Source of the DNA: a virus
Taxonomy: Duplodnaviria > Caudoviricetes
IMG/VR virus record: IMGVR_UViG_3300035199_000798
Location: 1,222-65,221 of that record
Length of the DNA stretch: 64,000 nt
Reading direction: 5' to 3' (one strand)
Part shown: piece by piece, positions 9,683 to 19,420 of the stretch
How positions within the stretch are numbered: the stretch's first letter is position 1
Layout: each line of letters starts with the position of its first letter
Notes under the pieces: generated by a model
The model's database searches: none
The model's input: only the letters and a program-made list of their open reading frames with translations
Told to the model about the DNA's origin: nothing
Program-made: the position numbers and the translations under genes

Positions 9683-12600
9683 ATGGCCATTAATGAGATT
9701 GGCGCCGAAAGCCTAGAATTAAATGATCAATGTATCTTATTCGAGCTAGCGGAAGGGATTCTCGCCGAGGCCGGCAACGCCACAATGACCGAAGACACCC
9801 ACATTGTAGGTTATGATCTGCCGGTCATCATGCCCGGCGAACCCACCAGGGACCAGCCCTTGACAAACATTCAAGACCAAAGTATAACTGCCGCGCGCGC
9901 CAGACGGTACCTAGGTCAGGGTACAACCTCAGTCCACGAGTCAAACTACGATTACATAAAATACATTAGTTTGCGCTCCCCCACGCGACAATTTTTGGAA
10001 ATAACACCGCCTGAAGTGGCGCAGCTAGCCCCGTCCATTAAAATTGACGTGGCATATTACGATGAGCGGGGGCGATTCCACCATGCGGTACCCATGGATT
10101 TTCCTAATCATACCGACTTAAGCGGGCTCTTGGGATCCCAATCCCGACGCTTTGGCGCGGGCATAAAAGAAATTTCCATCATCCACGAGGGAATTGACTC
10201 AGCAACCGCTAAAATTGTGTTGATAGACTCTGTGTTCGTGTTCCAAGATTTCCGCACTCTCGCCCAAACCAATTATCAAAATCTTATCAGTTTGGGAATA
10301 AGGAGCACTTCCAACCTCTTGCGCTATTTGCGATTTCGGTTTGGATGGGACTCCAGCCCCGGAATATCTGGTGACCTGGCGCTCCCTCAGCTGAGATCGG
10401 AAGTGCGCGGAGAGTTGGTAAAATACACTTTTGACTTTGCAGAAGACGGCAGCATTATTCTTAAAACCCAACATCGTGGGCATATTCACAGCATGTTTGG
10501 CAACTTGCCTGCGGCCAATGTTCTCGGCACTACGAAAACTCAAGAGTCGGCATTGCGCGCCGCATCGGTGAAGTTTCTCGACGACGCAATGAAAAAGATT
10601 CGGACTCAAAACGTATCAAATCAGGAAGAACTGGCCATAAAGCAGATGGCCCTGAGCGTGGTGATGGACACATTGTCGGAATTTAGTATCATTAACCAGA
10701 CGACCTTCACAGCCAAAACGGCTTTCAACAACCGCGATGACGTCCCCGACAACTGGAAGGTCGTGGCGAATCCATCCAGCACCTACCATGGTATCAAGAC
10801 GGCCGTCAAGGCCGGCCTGGAGCACGTCACTGCGGGTACCCCCACGCGCAGCGCGCATACCTATGTGGAGCTTATTGAAAGACCGGGCCTCGGCTTCGGA
10901 GCTGCGGCCGGTTTCAACGCGGCTCGCGGCATTGCGTTTTGGATTGACCCCGAGCACCTCACTACCACAGCTGTGGACGAAGCGCTGAGGCGGCAGTTGG
11001 GATCCGCCTATCCATCGGGCGCCGACGCCCTTGATATTGCGGATATTCGAGAAAAAGCGCTGGGTTTTTTAAGAGGGGCCCGTCGAAGCGCCCAGTCCGG
11101 CCGCACCACACAAATCGGCGGCAATCATCCTATTCACCAAGCCTGGAACCCGCGGAAGTCCCACGCCCACGGCCGCTCGGTGGCTCAGTGGGACCAGTTT
11201 ATGCCTGCGGACTGGTATAGTGACGCGCGTCTCGTCTCGTGGGACGCCTACCAAGATATGTGGACCCATCTTCAACAGAATCAAAAAGATCTGGGCATCG
11301 CGCGCGATCAGACCGGTCAGAACCTCAAGCCGCGCATGGTCCTTGCAACAGCGCGAAAACAGTTGGCACACAAAATGGGTCTTAGTAAATTTCTAAGTCT
11401 TTTCAACCTAGCGAAAACCCTCCGAGATCGCCAAAGAATATATTTGGGGGCAATGACAGAGATGCAAGCGGTCGCAATTGCGGGGGCCAAAACCTCCGCG
11501 CAGGCTCTCACCAATGTCTTCGCTCAAATCCACGCCCGGGAATTTCTTCGCAATATTATCAAGATCGCCCCAAAGGCACCCGGGGTAACAACCGAAAAGG
11601 CAAAAGAGATGTTGTCAACTCCGATGATTGACTCTGTCCCCTTTATGTTTTTGGGAGAATTCTTATCCACGATTTTGGAGACCCCCGCCGATCTTGGCCC
11701 ACAGCCAGCAGGAGGCCCGCCAAACACCATGCCTATGTGGGAATTGCTACGCGAACAAGCGGGAATTGATTTGCGGGTAGTGCTGGGCTATACCGATTTT
11801 GAAACCCCCTACAGCGGCCGAGTCGTCCGGAACTTTCCTCTTTATTACTTGCCGATATCCTTGACAAAAATGAACAATTTTATTGCCCGCGAGATTGTTG
11901 GTCGCGACAAAACGTTTTACTCTTTTGGAGAATTCTTAAAGGATGTCATTAATAAATTCCTGGACGTCCATTTTCACGTTTGCAGCAAGGTCGCCAATGC
12001 GGGATACACTCCGGCCACGCCCAAGCTGGATTTTGCTTTTGGAGAAACACCCCACGACGAAACCATCTGGTTTATATACGACAGCAAACAAACGGGCAAC
12101 GTACATCAGGGCCCCCACTGGGGGCGCTATAACGCAAACATGGTGGCCAAAATTCCTCATTTTTACCTAGGGGGCCCCAACAAAGGCATCGCCAAAAAAG
12201 TCCAAATTAGGGATATTGCCGACCCGAGCCTTAAAACCGCCGTATTCTATAAATCCTCTCCATCTGACACTCTGGACCCGGGCAACGCCGGCCCAGCACA
12301 GGGACGCTGGGCGCCCGTTGTTTTTGAGGCGGAGGTGGAGACGTTGGGATACCCGAAGTTCCAACTAGGCCACATGATCTTTATAGACGCGCGTACGGTT
12401 ATTTCGAGCCAACGGGCCCGCGAAAACTTCTTAGCAACAGGGTATTACGGAATTAAAAAGATCACCCACACCCTCACACCAGACGATTTTTCCACCACTG
12501 TTAACGCCATTATTCAAGTGTCGGAGCGCGACAACCGCCAGGCACAAACCACCGGCAGGTTGACGCATAACCCGGAAGCAGCGCAAACGCCCGTCGACAC

Positions 12601-12820
12601 GGATAACGATGTCTTAGTCGCCACCGCCACGGCGCCGAGCCCCGGGCACTTCCCAGCCCCCGCGCCAGGGTCCGTACATTCGGTGTCGGCCGCCAGCGCC
12701 GCTGAAAAATTGGCTAAGAAAGCCGCGGAAGCGACGTCTGCCCAAGTGAAGAAAAACGTTAAGAAGATTAAAGCGACTAAAGACACTGATTACAGAAGCC
12801 CTGCCGACAGTGCCCCCTGA
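9683..12820 (+). CDS. Baseplate hub-like large structural protein
   Basis: C-terminal EVETLGYP...GYYGIKKITHTLTPDDFSTTV resembles the gp27/gpD hub C-terminus; position in the tail module. Confidence 0.55.
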   Translation: MAINEIGAESLELNDQCILFELAEGILAEAGNATMTEDTHIVGYDLPVIMPGEPTRDQPLTNIQDQSITAARARRYLGQGTTSVHESNYDYIKYISLRSPTRQFLEITPPEVAQLAPSIKIDVAYYDERGRFHHAVPMDFPNHTDLSGLLGSQSRRFGAGIKEISIIHEGIDSATAKIVLIDSVFVFQDFRTLAQTNYQNLISLGIRSTSNLLRYLRFRFGWDSSPGISGDLALPQLRSEVRGELVKYTFDFAEDGSIILKTQHRGHIHSMFGNLPAANVLGTTKTQESALRAASVKFLDDAMKKIRTQNVSNQEELAIKQMALSVVMDTLSEFSIINQTTFTAKTAFNNRDDVPDNWKVVANPSSTYHGIKTAVKAGLEHVTAGTPTRSAHTYVELIERPGLGFGAAAGFNAARGIAFWIDPEHLTTTAVDEALRRQLGSAYPSGADALDIADIREKALGFLRGARRSAQSGRTTQIGGNHPIHQAWNPRKSHAHGRSVAQWDQFMPADWYSDARLVSWDAYQDMWTHLQQNQKDLGIARDQTGQNLKPRMVLATARKQLAHKMGLSKFLSLFNLAKTLRDRQRIYLGAMTEMQAVAIAGAKTSAQALTNVFAQIHAREFLRNIIKIAPKAPGVTTEKAKEMLSTPMIDSVPFMFLGEFLSTILETPADLGPQPAGGPPNTMPMWELLREQAGIDLRVVLGYTDFETPYSGRVVRNFPLYYLPISLTKMNNFIAREIVGRDKTFYSFGEFLKDVINKFLDVHFHVCSKVANAGYTPATPKLDFAFGETPHDETIWFIYDSKQTGNVHQGPHWGRYNANMVAKIPHFYLGGPNKGIAKKVQIRDIADPSLKTAVFYKSSPSDTLDPGNAGPAQGRWAPVVFEAEVETLGYPKFQLGHMIFIDARTVISSQRARENFLATGYYGIKKITHTLTPDDFSTTVNAIIQVSERDNRQAQTTGRLTHNPEAAQTPVDTDNDVLVATATAPSPGHFPAPAPGSVHSVSAASAAEKLAKKAAEATSAQVKKNVKKIKATKDTDYRSPADSAP

Positions 12821-12909
12821 GTTATTTTTTCTCTTGCTCCGCCACGGTGGCAATTGCCATGGCCTCACTAATTATAAGAAGCGACCTAGGTTAAAAAGGA
12901 GACAATCCC

Positions 12910-14112
12910 TTGATTTATGACCCCCCTTTCTTCGGCAGCAGAGACATTGGCCCAACGCGGGCCTTCGTGGCGCGCAATTATTACAAGATCGTGAGTTGGG
13001 ACGCCTTCTCGGCGATACCCACAGGCAATCCCAACTGTGTTGACCTGTGGAATCATGTACCCCTGTATGGAAAAGTTTCGACACGGGGCATCTTGATGGT
13101 GCCTGATGAAAGTCGCTTGAGGTACGTTATGGGCGCTTCCAAGATTGCGCTGCTCCCGTGGGTTTATGAGGCGGTCCTGGATTTCCAAACGTATTTAGCG
13201 CGCGCTCAAGCGCAGGGACGTACAGACCTAGCAGAACTCTTTGGGAACTTCACGGTAAAAAGATCATATGAAACTCCATATGACGCCTATTTCACGCATG
13301 GAGCAGCGGTGATGCTGGCCTTTGGAGAGCATATCTCGTCGCGACCAAGTCGCAATGTGACGACCTTTGAACAGTATGTTACAGAGTTCATTAGATATGT
13401 AGGTTCACTCGAAGAGCCCTTTACGTTTGCTAGTTACTTTGCTTCCAGCCGAACAAGTCTTTTTTCAACAGCCCTCATGGCCTCTTTCGAGCCACGGGAT
13501 GCCAATGAAGATGGCCCCAAGAACTTTTATTTCATGAACCAAGAATTTGATAAATATGTGAAGGCCGCCGCCAATTTTGGCCTCCGCGTTGACCAAAATG
13601 CCCCTTGGCGCGTAATTGCGGACATGAACTCTAAGCCTATGGCAACATATTTGGCGCGCCACAACCTCCCTGAGCTTTCGGATGCTTTTGACCAGTATTA
13701 CACCCGCGCCGTAGACTACGAGCTAGCTGCCACAATGGAACTTCTTCACGAAGGGTACACTCACTATACTGATACTCATAAGTCCAACTTTATTAACAAA
13801 TATTGTATACGACCCGATTTCCTGTTTAAGCGCGCAATTAGCTCTCAAGTCGTCAAGCAAACGCAGCTTAGTGTTGCTATCGAAAGTCTTTCGAAAGAGA
13901 GCTTTGCCAGTCAATATGACATAGTCCGATCTTTGCAGGTGTTGGAGGCCATCAAAAAAGCGGAACAGCGACGCATTGACGCTCCCAGTCAGCGCATGTT
14001 TAAACGCCGGTTTGATCGACTTCTGGATCGAGGAGCGATCAACGCCGCCGCAGTGGCTCTTACACGTTTTTATAATGGCCCCCCTAAAATTCGTATCACA
14101 AAAAGTATTTGA
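12910..14112 (+). CDS. Hypothetical late (structural) protein
   Basis: 400 aa ORF, TTG start with AAGGAG RBS, CTAATTA motif upstream. Confidence 0.65.
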   Translation: MIYDPPFFGSRDIGPTRAFVARNYYKIVSWDAFSAIPTGNPNCVDLWNHVPLYGKVSTRGILMVPDESRLRYVMGASKIALLPWVYEAVLDFQTYLARAQAQGRTDLAELFGNFTVKRSYETPYDAYFTHGAAVMLAFGEHISSRPSRNVTTFEQYVTEFIRYVGSLEEPFTFASYFASSRTSLFSTALMASFEPRDANEDGPKNFYFMNQEFDKYVKAAANFGLRVDQNAPWRVIADMNSKPMATYLARHNLPELSDAFDQYYTRAVDYELAATMELLHEGYTHYTDTHKSNFINKYCIRPDFLFKRAISSQVVKQTQLSVAIESLSKESFASQYDIVRSLQVLEAIKKAEQRRIDAPSQRMFKRRFDRLLDRGAINAAAVALTRFYNGPPKIRITKSI

Positions 14113-14136
14113 CATTTGATCTCAGCCTGGTATAAT
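14109..14136 (+). promoter_or_regulatory. sigma70-type promoter starting the replication module
   Basis: TTGACA-16 nt-TATAAT with TG extension. Confidence 0.65.
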
Positions 14137-14161
14137 AAGGAAGCAAAACAGGGCGACAGGT

Positions 14162-15346
14162 ATGCTATTTCAAACGTTTGATGACAAAGATAATTGCGCA
14201 TTAATATATCAAAACGGCCAGCTTTATACAACGCAGGCCGACTTGACCCTCACCTCTACTTGGTCATACGCCAATTACCTACGCGATAATGATATAGAAT
14301 ACGCACAATTATGGACTCAAGGATCGTCCCTAGCCCAATCTTGCCCTTCCTACCTGGCTGAGCATCTTAGAGAGGTTGAGACACGTCTAAAGGCCTTTAT
14401 TCGCTCTTGTGGAATTGCCGGAGTAGATCTGGACGATGTGTGCTTTTATGAATTGGTGCCTCAAGCCTTTTTGCGCGATTACGCCAACATTAAAAATGAA
14501 ATCTCGCAACATGTTTTTCAGAAAATTAAACGGCCCGACAATTACCACCAATTGTTGAAGATTGTTAAGGTTATTTCCGATATCAGGTACCGCCCCCTCG
14601 ATTTGGATTTAACAAAGATGAACAAAGCTGCTATAAGAGATAGGAACATGTTTAAAACTCTTTCTTCTTGTAAGCGTAACGTTGTTTATGACCCGTTTAA
14701 GACCATCACCGGTCGGCTGGCCACCAAAAGTCAAACTTTCCCGGCGCTCACACTGGGCCGAGAATATCGAAACGTTGTAACTCCTACTAATGATTGGCTT
14801 TTTGAGCTTGATTTTAATGCCGCAGAGCTACGAACGGTATTGGCACTCTTGGGAAATGAACAACCCCTAGAGGACCTTCATGATTGGAATATAAAAAATA
14901 TTTTTTCCACTCCCATGAGCCGGGAAGAAGCCAAGAAGAAGATCTTCGCGTGGCTCTATAACCCTAACAACCAAGAGCATGAGATTAACGCTATATATAA
15001 TAGAGACCGGATCAAGGAATTATATTTCCAAGATGGCCGCGTGACCACCGATTTTAGTCGTACGATTGAGTGCGACGACTTCCACGCCACGAATTATGTG
15101 ATCCAGTCCACCGCAGCCGATCTTTTGTTTGAGCAGATGTATGATGTGTGGGAGTATCTACGGGATAAGAAGTCCTTCATTAAGTTTTGTAACCACGACT
15201 CCATCATGATTGACTTGGCTGCCGAAGATCAAGGGTGCGTTAACGAAATTAAAGAACTCTTCAGTAACACCCGATACGGGAAATTTAAAATTAATTGCCT
15301 AGGCGGAAAAAGCTGGGGGAACATGAAACAGCTTTTGGTTCACTAA
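14162..15346 (+). CDS. Short family A DNA polymerase-like protein
   Basis: TITGRL, motif A FELDFNAAELR, motif B REEAKKKIFAWLY, NYVIQSTAAD, motif C HDSIMID; only 394 aa. Confidence 0.8.
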   Translation: MLFQTFDDKDNCALIYQNGQLYTTQADLTLTSTWSYANYLRDNDIEYAQLWTQGSSLAQSCPSYLAEHLREVETRLKAFIRSCGIAGVDLDDVCFYELVPQAFLRDYANIKNEISQHVFQKIKRPDNYHQLLKIVKVISDIRYRPLDLDLTKMNKAAIRDRNMFKTLSSCKRNVVYDPFKTITGRLATKSQTFPALTLGREYRNVVTPTNDWLFELDFNAAELRTVLALLGNEQPLEDLHDWNIKNIFSTPMSREEAKKKIFAWLYNPNNQEHEINAIYNRDRIKELYFQDGRVTTDFSRTIECDDFHATNYVIQSTAADLLFEQMYDVWEYLRDKKSFIKFCNHDSIMIDLAAEDQGCVNEIKELFSNTRYGKFKINCLGGKSWGNMKQLLVH

Positions 15347-15355
15347 GAGGATACA

Positions 15356-16225
15356 ATGCAAACAGTAATAGGACTAGGAAACGCTGGCTGTAAGATAGCC
15401 GACCAACTCGCGCAATATCCTCAATATAATATATTAAAGATAGACGCGTCCGATGTAAAAAAGGATGATATCCGCGATAAGACTCTTTGGGTTCAACGCC
15501 AATCCTCATCCGAAGCCTACGAGAGCACCGGCTCTTTTAAACTTGAACCTTTCTTAGAAGGGGTTACTAGCGAGACATTGCTCATTACTAGTTGCGGCAC
15601 TGTCTCTGGCCTTTCACTTCGCATCCTGGAGCTTCTCAAGGAAAAGACCAAGATCACGGTGATGTATATAATCCCGGCCAAGGCGAATTTAGCAGAGAAC
15701 CAGAAACTCCACAATAATCTTCTTTTCAATGTTTTTCAGGAATACGCGCGCTCAGCGCTTTTCGAAAGAGTCATTTTGGCCGACAACGAGAGACTCGCAG
15801 ACATCGTGGGCCCAGTCCCTGTTCTAAAATATTGGGACGCCCTGAATGTTGTGCTTGCTTCTGCGTATCACATGATAAATGTATTTGATCATTCTCACCC
15901 AGTATTTACTACTTTTTCAAACAAGATAAACACGGCCCGGCTCACCACTTTGGGCCATTATCCATGGGGCTCAGGGGAAAAAAATGAAGAAAAAATGTTT
16001 TTTTCGCTTGACTTTCCTCGGGAAAAGCGGTATTATTATGCGGTACCTCAGAAAATGCTGGAAGAGGATGAAAATTTAATGGCGACAATTCAGAAACAGG
16101 TTAAAAATGCGGTCGAGCATGATAGAATGAAGGTTGGATATGCAATCTATTCTACACAGTATGATCAACCGTATGTATACTGCGAAGGATATAGTACATT
16201 AATTCAAAAAAACCCAGCGTCCTGA
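15356..16225 (+). CDS. Tubulin/FtsZ-superfamily (PhuZ/TubZ-like) protein, divergent
   Basis: N-terminal VIGLGNAGCKIAD, degenerate T4 loop SCGTVSG, ILADNE, and WDALN at the usual asparagine position. Confidence 0.65.
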   Translation: MQTVIGLGNAGCKIADQLAQYPQYNILKIDASDVKKDDIRDKTLWVQRQSSSEAYESTGSFKLEPFLEGVTSETLLITSCGTVSGLSLRILELLKEKTKITVMYIIPAKANLAENQKLHNNLLFNVFQEYARSALFERVILADNERLADIVGPVPVLKYWDALNVVLASAYHMINVFDHSHPVFTTFSNKINTARLTTLGHYPWGSGEKNEEKMFFSLDFPREKRYYYAVPQKMLEEDENLMATIQKQVKNAVEHDRMKVGYAIYSTQYDQPYVYCEGYSTLIQKNPAS

Positions 16226-16268
16226 GAGATTTGTTAGGACGGCTATAACTTAAGGAGAAAATAATATT

Positions 16269-17009
16269 ATGGCAATTGATATGGAAAAAATGCGCGAGCG
16301 CATGACTTCACTTAAAAACAACGGAAACGCGACGTCAAATAAATTTTGGCGACCCAAAGATGGCGAGCAAACGCTTCGCATTGTACCCCCATCGGACGGT
16401 GACCCGTTCCGTGACTATTGGTTCCACTATAATGTGGGAGATGCCCCGGGCTTTTTAAGCCCCAAGAAAAACTTTGGAGAGGATTGTCCGCTGGATAGTT
16501 TTGTCCGCCAACTGTGGAAAGAAGGCACCGAAGAAAGCAAGCGTATGGCTAAAAAGCTCTCCGCTCGCCAACGCTTTTTCGCCCCCGTCGTTGTACGGGG
16601 AGAAGAAGAGGAAGGCGTAAAGGTGTGGGGTTTCGGAAAGCGCGCTTATGAAACGCTTCTGGGCCTAGTGCTTAATCCCGAATATGGCGACATTACTGAC
16701 GCCGAGGACGGCACAGATTTGGTAGTTCACTACGGAAAGCCCGCAGGCGCTACTTTTCCTGAGACGAAGATTACTCCTCGTCGGAAAAACACCCCTCTTC
16801 ACAAGGACAGTGATCAGGCACGCGAGTGGCTGGACAATGTACCAGATTTTGAAGAACTTTTCACCCCTTCACGCAAGACCGCTGACGAGGTTCAAGGCAT
16901 TTTGGATGCTTTCTTGAACTCTGATGAAAGCCCTTCCGAGGGTCCCACCACTACTTCATCCGCGGGAAAAAGCGACGTCGACAAGGCGTTTAGCGAACTC
17001 CTAGGGTAA
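16269..17009 (+). CDS. Single-stranded DNA-binding protein (gp32-like)
   Basis: FWRPK..QTLRIVP, KVWGFGK, DITD..GTD, acidic tail ending DKAFSELLG. Confidence 0.8.
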   Translation: MAIDMEKMRERMTSLKNNGNATSNKFWRPKDGEQTLRIVPPSDGDPFRDYWFHYNVGDAPGFLSPKKNFGEDCPLDSFVRQLWKEGTEESKRMAKKLSARQRFFAPVVVRGEEEEGVKVWGFGKRAYETLLGLVLNPEYGDITDAEDGTDLVVHYGKPAGATFPETKITPRRKNTPLHKDSDQAREWLDNVPDFEELFTPSRKTADEVQGILDAFLNSDESPSEGPTTTSSAGKSDVDKAFSELLG

Positions 17010-17076
17010 AGTAAAGTCCAACCGCAGGGAGGCATGGGTTTACAGATGCCTCATCCCCTATGAAAAGAGGAAATTA

Positions 17077-17355
17077 ATGAGGATTAAAGCAATTAAGTGT
17101 GAAAATTGCAATGATATTGTATATTCACGCGCAGAGCAAGATTATAGAGAGTGTGAATGCGCGCAAGTTGGGGCCTTTGGGGGGCAATCGTATGCCAAGT
17201 ACAATACCCATTCTGGCGCGCCCCATGAAAAAATGATTATAAGCCTTGACATCACGCCCCAGGACCTGTATAATGATTGGAAAGAGATGAGGGACAGGTA
17301 TGGGCTTATTAAAGCCACGTCAACAGCCCCCATTCCAAAATATATTACCTGTTAG
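17077..17355 (+). CDS. Hypothetical Zn-binding protein
   Basis: CENC..VYS....D...CECA..G..GG pattern; GAGG RBS. Confidence 0.65.
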   Translation: MRIKAIKCENCNDIVYSRAEQDYRECECAQVGAFGGQSYAKYNTHSGAPHEKMIISLDITPQDLYNDWKEMRDRYGLIKATSTAPIPKYITC

Positions 17356-17363
17356 GAGGGGAC

Positions 17364-17663
17364 ATGATGAGAGAAAGAATTAATCGAGGTGACGCCGCCT
17401 TTGAAGCCAAATTGACTGAGCTTAAAAAGCGCTTTGCTGGGGTTAAGAAAAGTGCGGAGAGCGAAACTGCCGTTAATGTAAACAAGCAAGATTTAAAAGA
17501 TGGCTACGTTACTTTTTGGTCCGATAACAGCGACATTACTCAATTGATTAACCGCAGCGCCGGCTATATTGTGTCCGTCATGGATTGCGGAGAAACTGTG
17601 CGCATTCGAATGTCGCGCAAGGGATTCCGTAGTTGCTATCACGCTTTCAAGTTGTCAAAATAA
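17364..17663 (+). CDS. Hypothetical protein
   Basis: 99 aa ORF with GGAGG RBS. Confidence 0.65.
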   Translation: MMRERINRGDAAFEAKLTELKKRFAGVKKSAESETAVNVNKQDLKDGYVTFWSDNSDITQLINRSAGYIVSVMDCGETVRIRMSRKGFRSCYHAFKLSK

Positions 17664-17674
17664 AGGAAACCACA

Positions 17675-18784
17675 ATGCGTAAACGAAATACTGGTAAGGC
17701 TGGCCAACTGTCTATTGATGACATGCGCAAGCTTATTAATAAAAAAGCTGGGCTCAATGTGGCTCACAACCTCACAAAAGAGAATCCAACCGAGGTTAAA
17801 CAGTGGATTCCAACGGGCTCGCGGTGGCTGGATAGCATTATCTGCCGCGGCCAAAGCGCCGGTATTCCTGTCGGCAAAGTGGTTGAGGTGGCCGGATTAG
17901 AATCAACCGGCAAGTCCTACATGGCGGCGCAGGTTGCCGCAAACGCTCAAAAGATGGGGATTGACGTAATCTATTTTGATTCGGAATCGGCGATTGACCC
18001 CACATTTTTAGAACGGTCAGGCTGCTCTCTCGATAATGTTCTCTACGTACAGGCGACGTCCGTTGAATTTGTCTTGGAGACTATTGAAGAGTTGCTCGGC
18101 TCCAACGACAGTCAGATGTTGTTTATCTGGGATTCGCTTGCGCTCACTCCTGCCATCTCGGACATCGAGGGGGACTTCAACCCCCAGTCCTCAATGGCGG
18201 TAAAGGCTCGCATTCTCGCGAAGGGGATGTCTAAGCTGACGGTGCCAATTGCTAATAGCCAGTCGACGTTCTTAGTGTTGAATCAGCTTAAGACCAACAT
18301 TACAAGATCTCCCTCGGAGGCGCTGACAACCCCTTATATGACTCCTGGCGGCAAAGCCATGATCTATGCTTATTCGTTGCGCATCTGGCTCACGGGACGC
18401 AAAGCTAAAGCCTCGTTTGTTACGGACGACAAAGGATTCCGCATAGGTTCCGAAGTCAAAGTAAAACTAGAGAAATCTAGATTTGGAACCCAAGGACGTC
18501 AGTGCAATTTTAAGATTCTCTGGGGCGATGAGATCGGAATTCAGGACGAAGAGAGTTGGTTTGAGGCCATCAAGTCTTCAGACCACATTAAACAAGCCGG
18601 TGCCTGGTTCGAGCTAGTCTATGCGGATGGCACTACCGAGAAGTTTCAAGCTTCCCGTTGGTCGGAGAAGCTGCAGAATGAAAAATTCCGAAAAAGAGTC
18701 TTGACAATCATGGACGAAGAGGTTATAATGAAGTTCGATAAACGGATTGGCGAAGCCAACGAATTTTACGAAGAAGAGGAATAA
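17675..18784 (+). CDS. recA: RecA/UvsX recombinase
   Basis: IPTGS..LD, Walker A GLESTGKS, FDSESA, IWDSL, LNQL, TPGGKA; start set to the ATG after AAAGGA. Confidence 0.93.
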   Translation: MRKRNTGKAGQLSIDDMRKLINKKAGLNVAHNLTKENPTEVKQWIPTGSRWLDSIICRGQSAGIPVGKVVEVAGLESTGKSYMAAQVAANAQKMGIDVIYFDSESAIDPTFLERSGCSLDNVLYVQATSVEFVLETIEELLGSNDSQMLFIWDSLALTPAISDIEGDFNPQSSMAVKARILAKGMSKLTVPIANSQSTFLVLNQLKTNITRSPSEALTTPYMTPGGKAMIYAYSLRIWLTGRKAKASFVTDDKGFRIGSEVKVKLEKSRFGTQGRQCNFKILWGDEIGIQDEESWFEAIKSSDHIKQAGAWFELVYADGTTEKFQASRWSEKLQNEKFRKRVLTIMDEEVIMKFDKRIGEANEFYEEEE

Positions 18785-18787
18785 TCC

Positions 18788-19420
18788 ATGAAGAAAGTGC
18801 TTAAAGAAATCCTTCAGATGCCCTATTTCCAAAACTATGCTGCGAGTAGCGGCCATGTACATAACGTGGCCAAGCATGAAGACGCCGTAGAAGACATTCT
18901 TATCAAACATCAGCTACAGAAATGGGAAACAAGCGTAGCCAAAGAAATACGCGACGGATGGCTCCGCGGTGAAAACGATCCCCTTCCGGATAATTGCTAT
19001 ATTCCGCAACCTTGCGGAACGCACGACAGCCCAGATTTTATTGTTAAAAAAGACGGGAAGCTTTATTTTTTAGAATGTAAGAGCGTCAAAGGGAGAACTC
19101 CCAAATATAACAGTGGGGTACCCAAAGATAATTACATTTATATTCTCACATCCGGGTCCCAGGATGCCACCACTGTATACCTAGGAGGGGACATCCTCCC
19201 TCGCCATCAAGCCCGGCTAATTTCTGAGCATATTGAAGAGGCGCGCCAACGCGACAAGGAACTTAATGCCAAGCTTAGCGCCCTCGACCACGGTCTTAGT
19301 TATTATACACGCCCGGCGATCGAACATAATACCAGGGACAAAACGCGCATTATTGACTACTTTCGTCACCCGAGACGCGCCGAATTAGAACGCAACGTTT
19401 TGGAGTTCGTAAGTGCCTGA
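18788..19420 (+). CDS. PD-(D/E)XK nuclease, probable type II restriction endonuclease
   Basis: QPCGTHDSPDFIV...FLECKS catalytic pattern; overlaps the methylase start. Confidence 0.7.
   Translation: MKKVLKEILQMPYFQNYAASSGHVHNVAKHEDAVEDILIKHQLQKWETSVAKEIRDGWLRGENDPLPDNCYIPQPCGTHDSPDFIVKKDGKLYFLECKSVKGRTPKYNSGVPKDNYIYILTSGSQDATTVYLGGDILPRHQARLISEHIEEARQRDKELNAKLSALDHGLSYYTRPAIEHNTRDKTRIIDYFRHPRRAELERNVLEFVSA

Noticed and set aside
12841-12863. TGGCAATTGCCA palindrome and a 10-nt match (gccacggtgg) to the tRNA-Leu 5' end
   Set aside because: Too short, single occurrence, no integrase; att sites usually match tRNA 3' ends
616-14112. Bacterial contractile injection system, tailocin or cellular chromosome
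   Set aside because: Contiguous with phage-type replication genes, single-strand dense coding and early microgenes; no ribosomal or other core cellular operons
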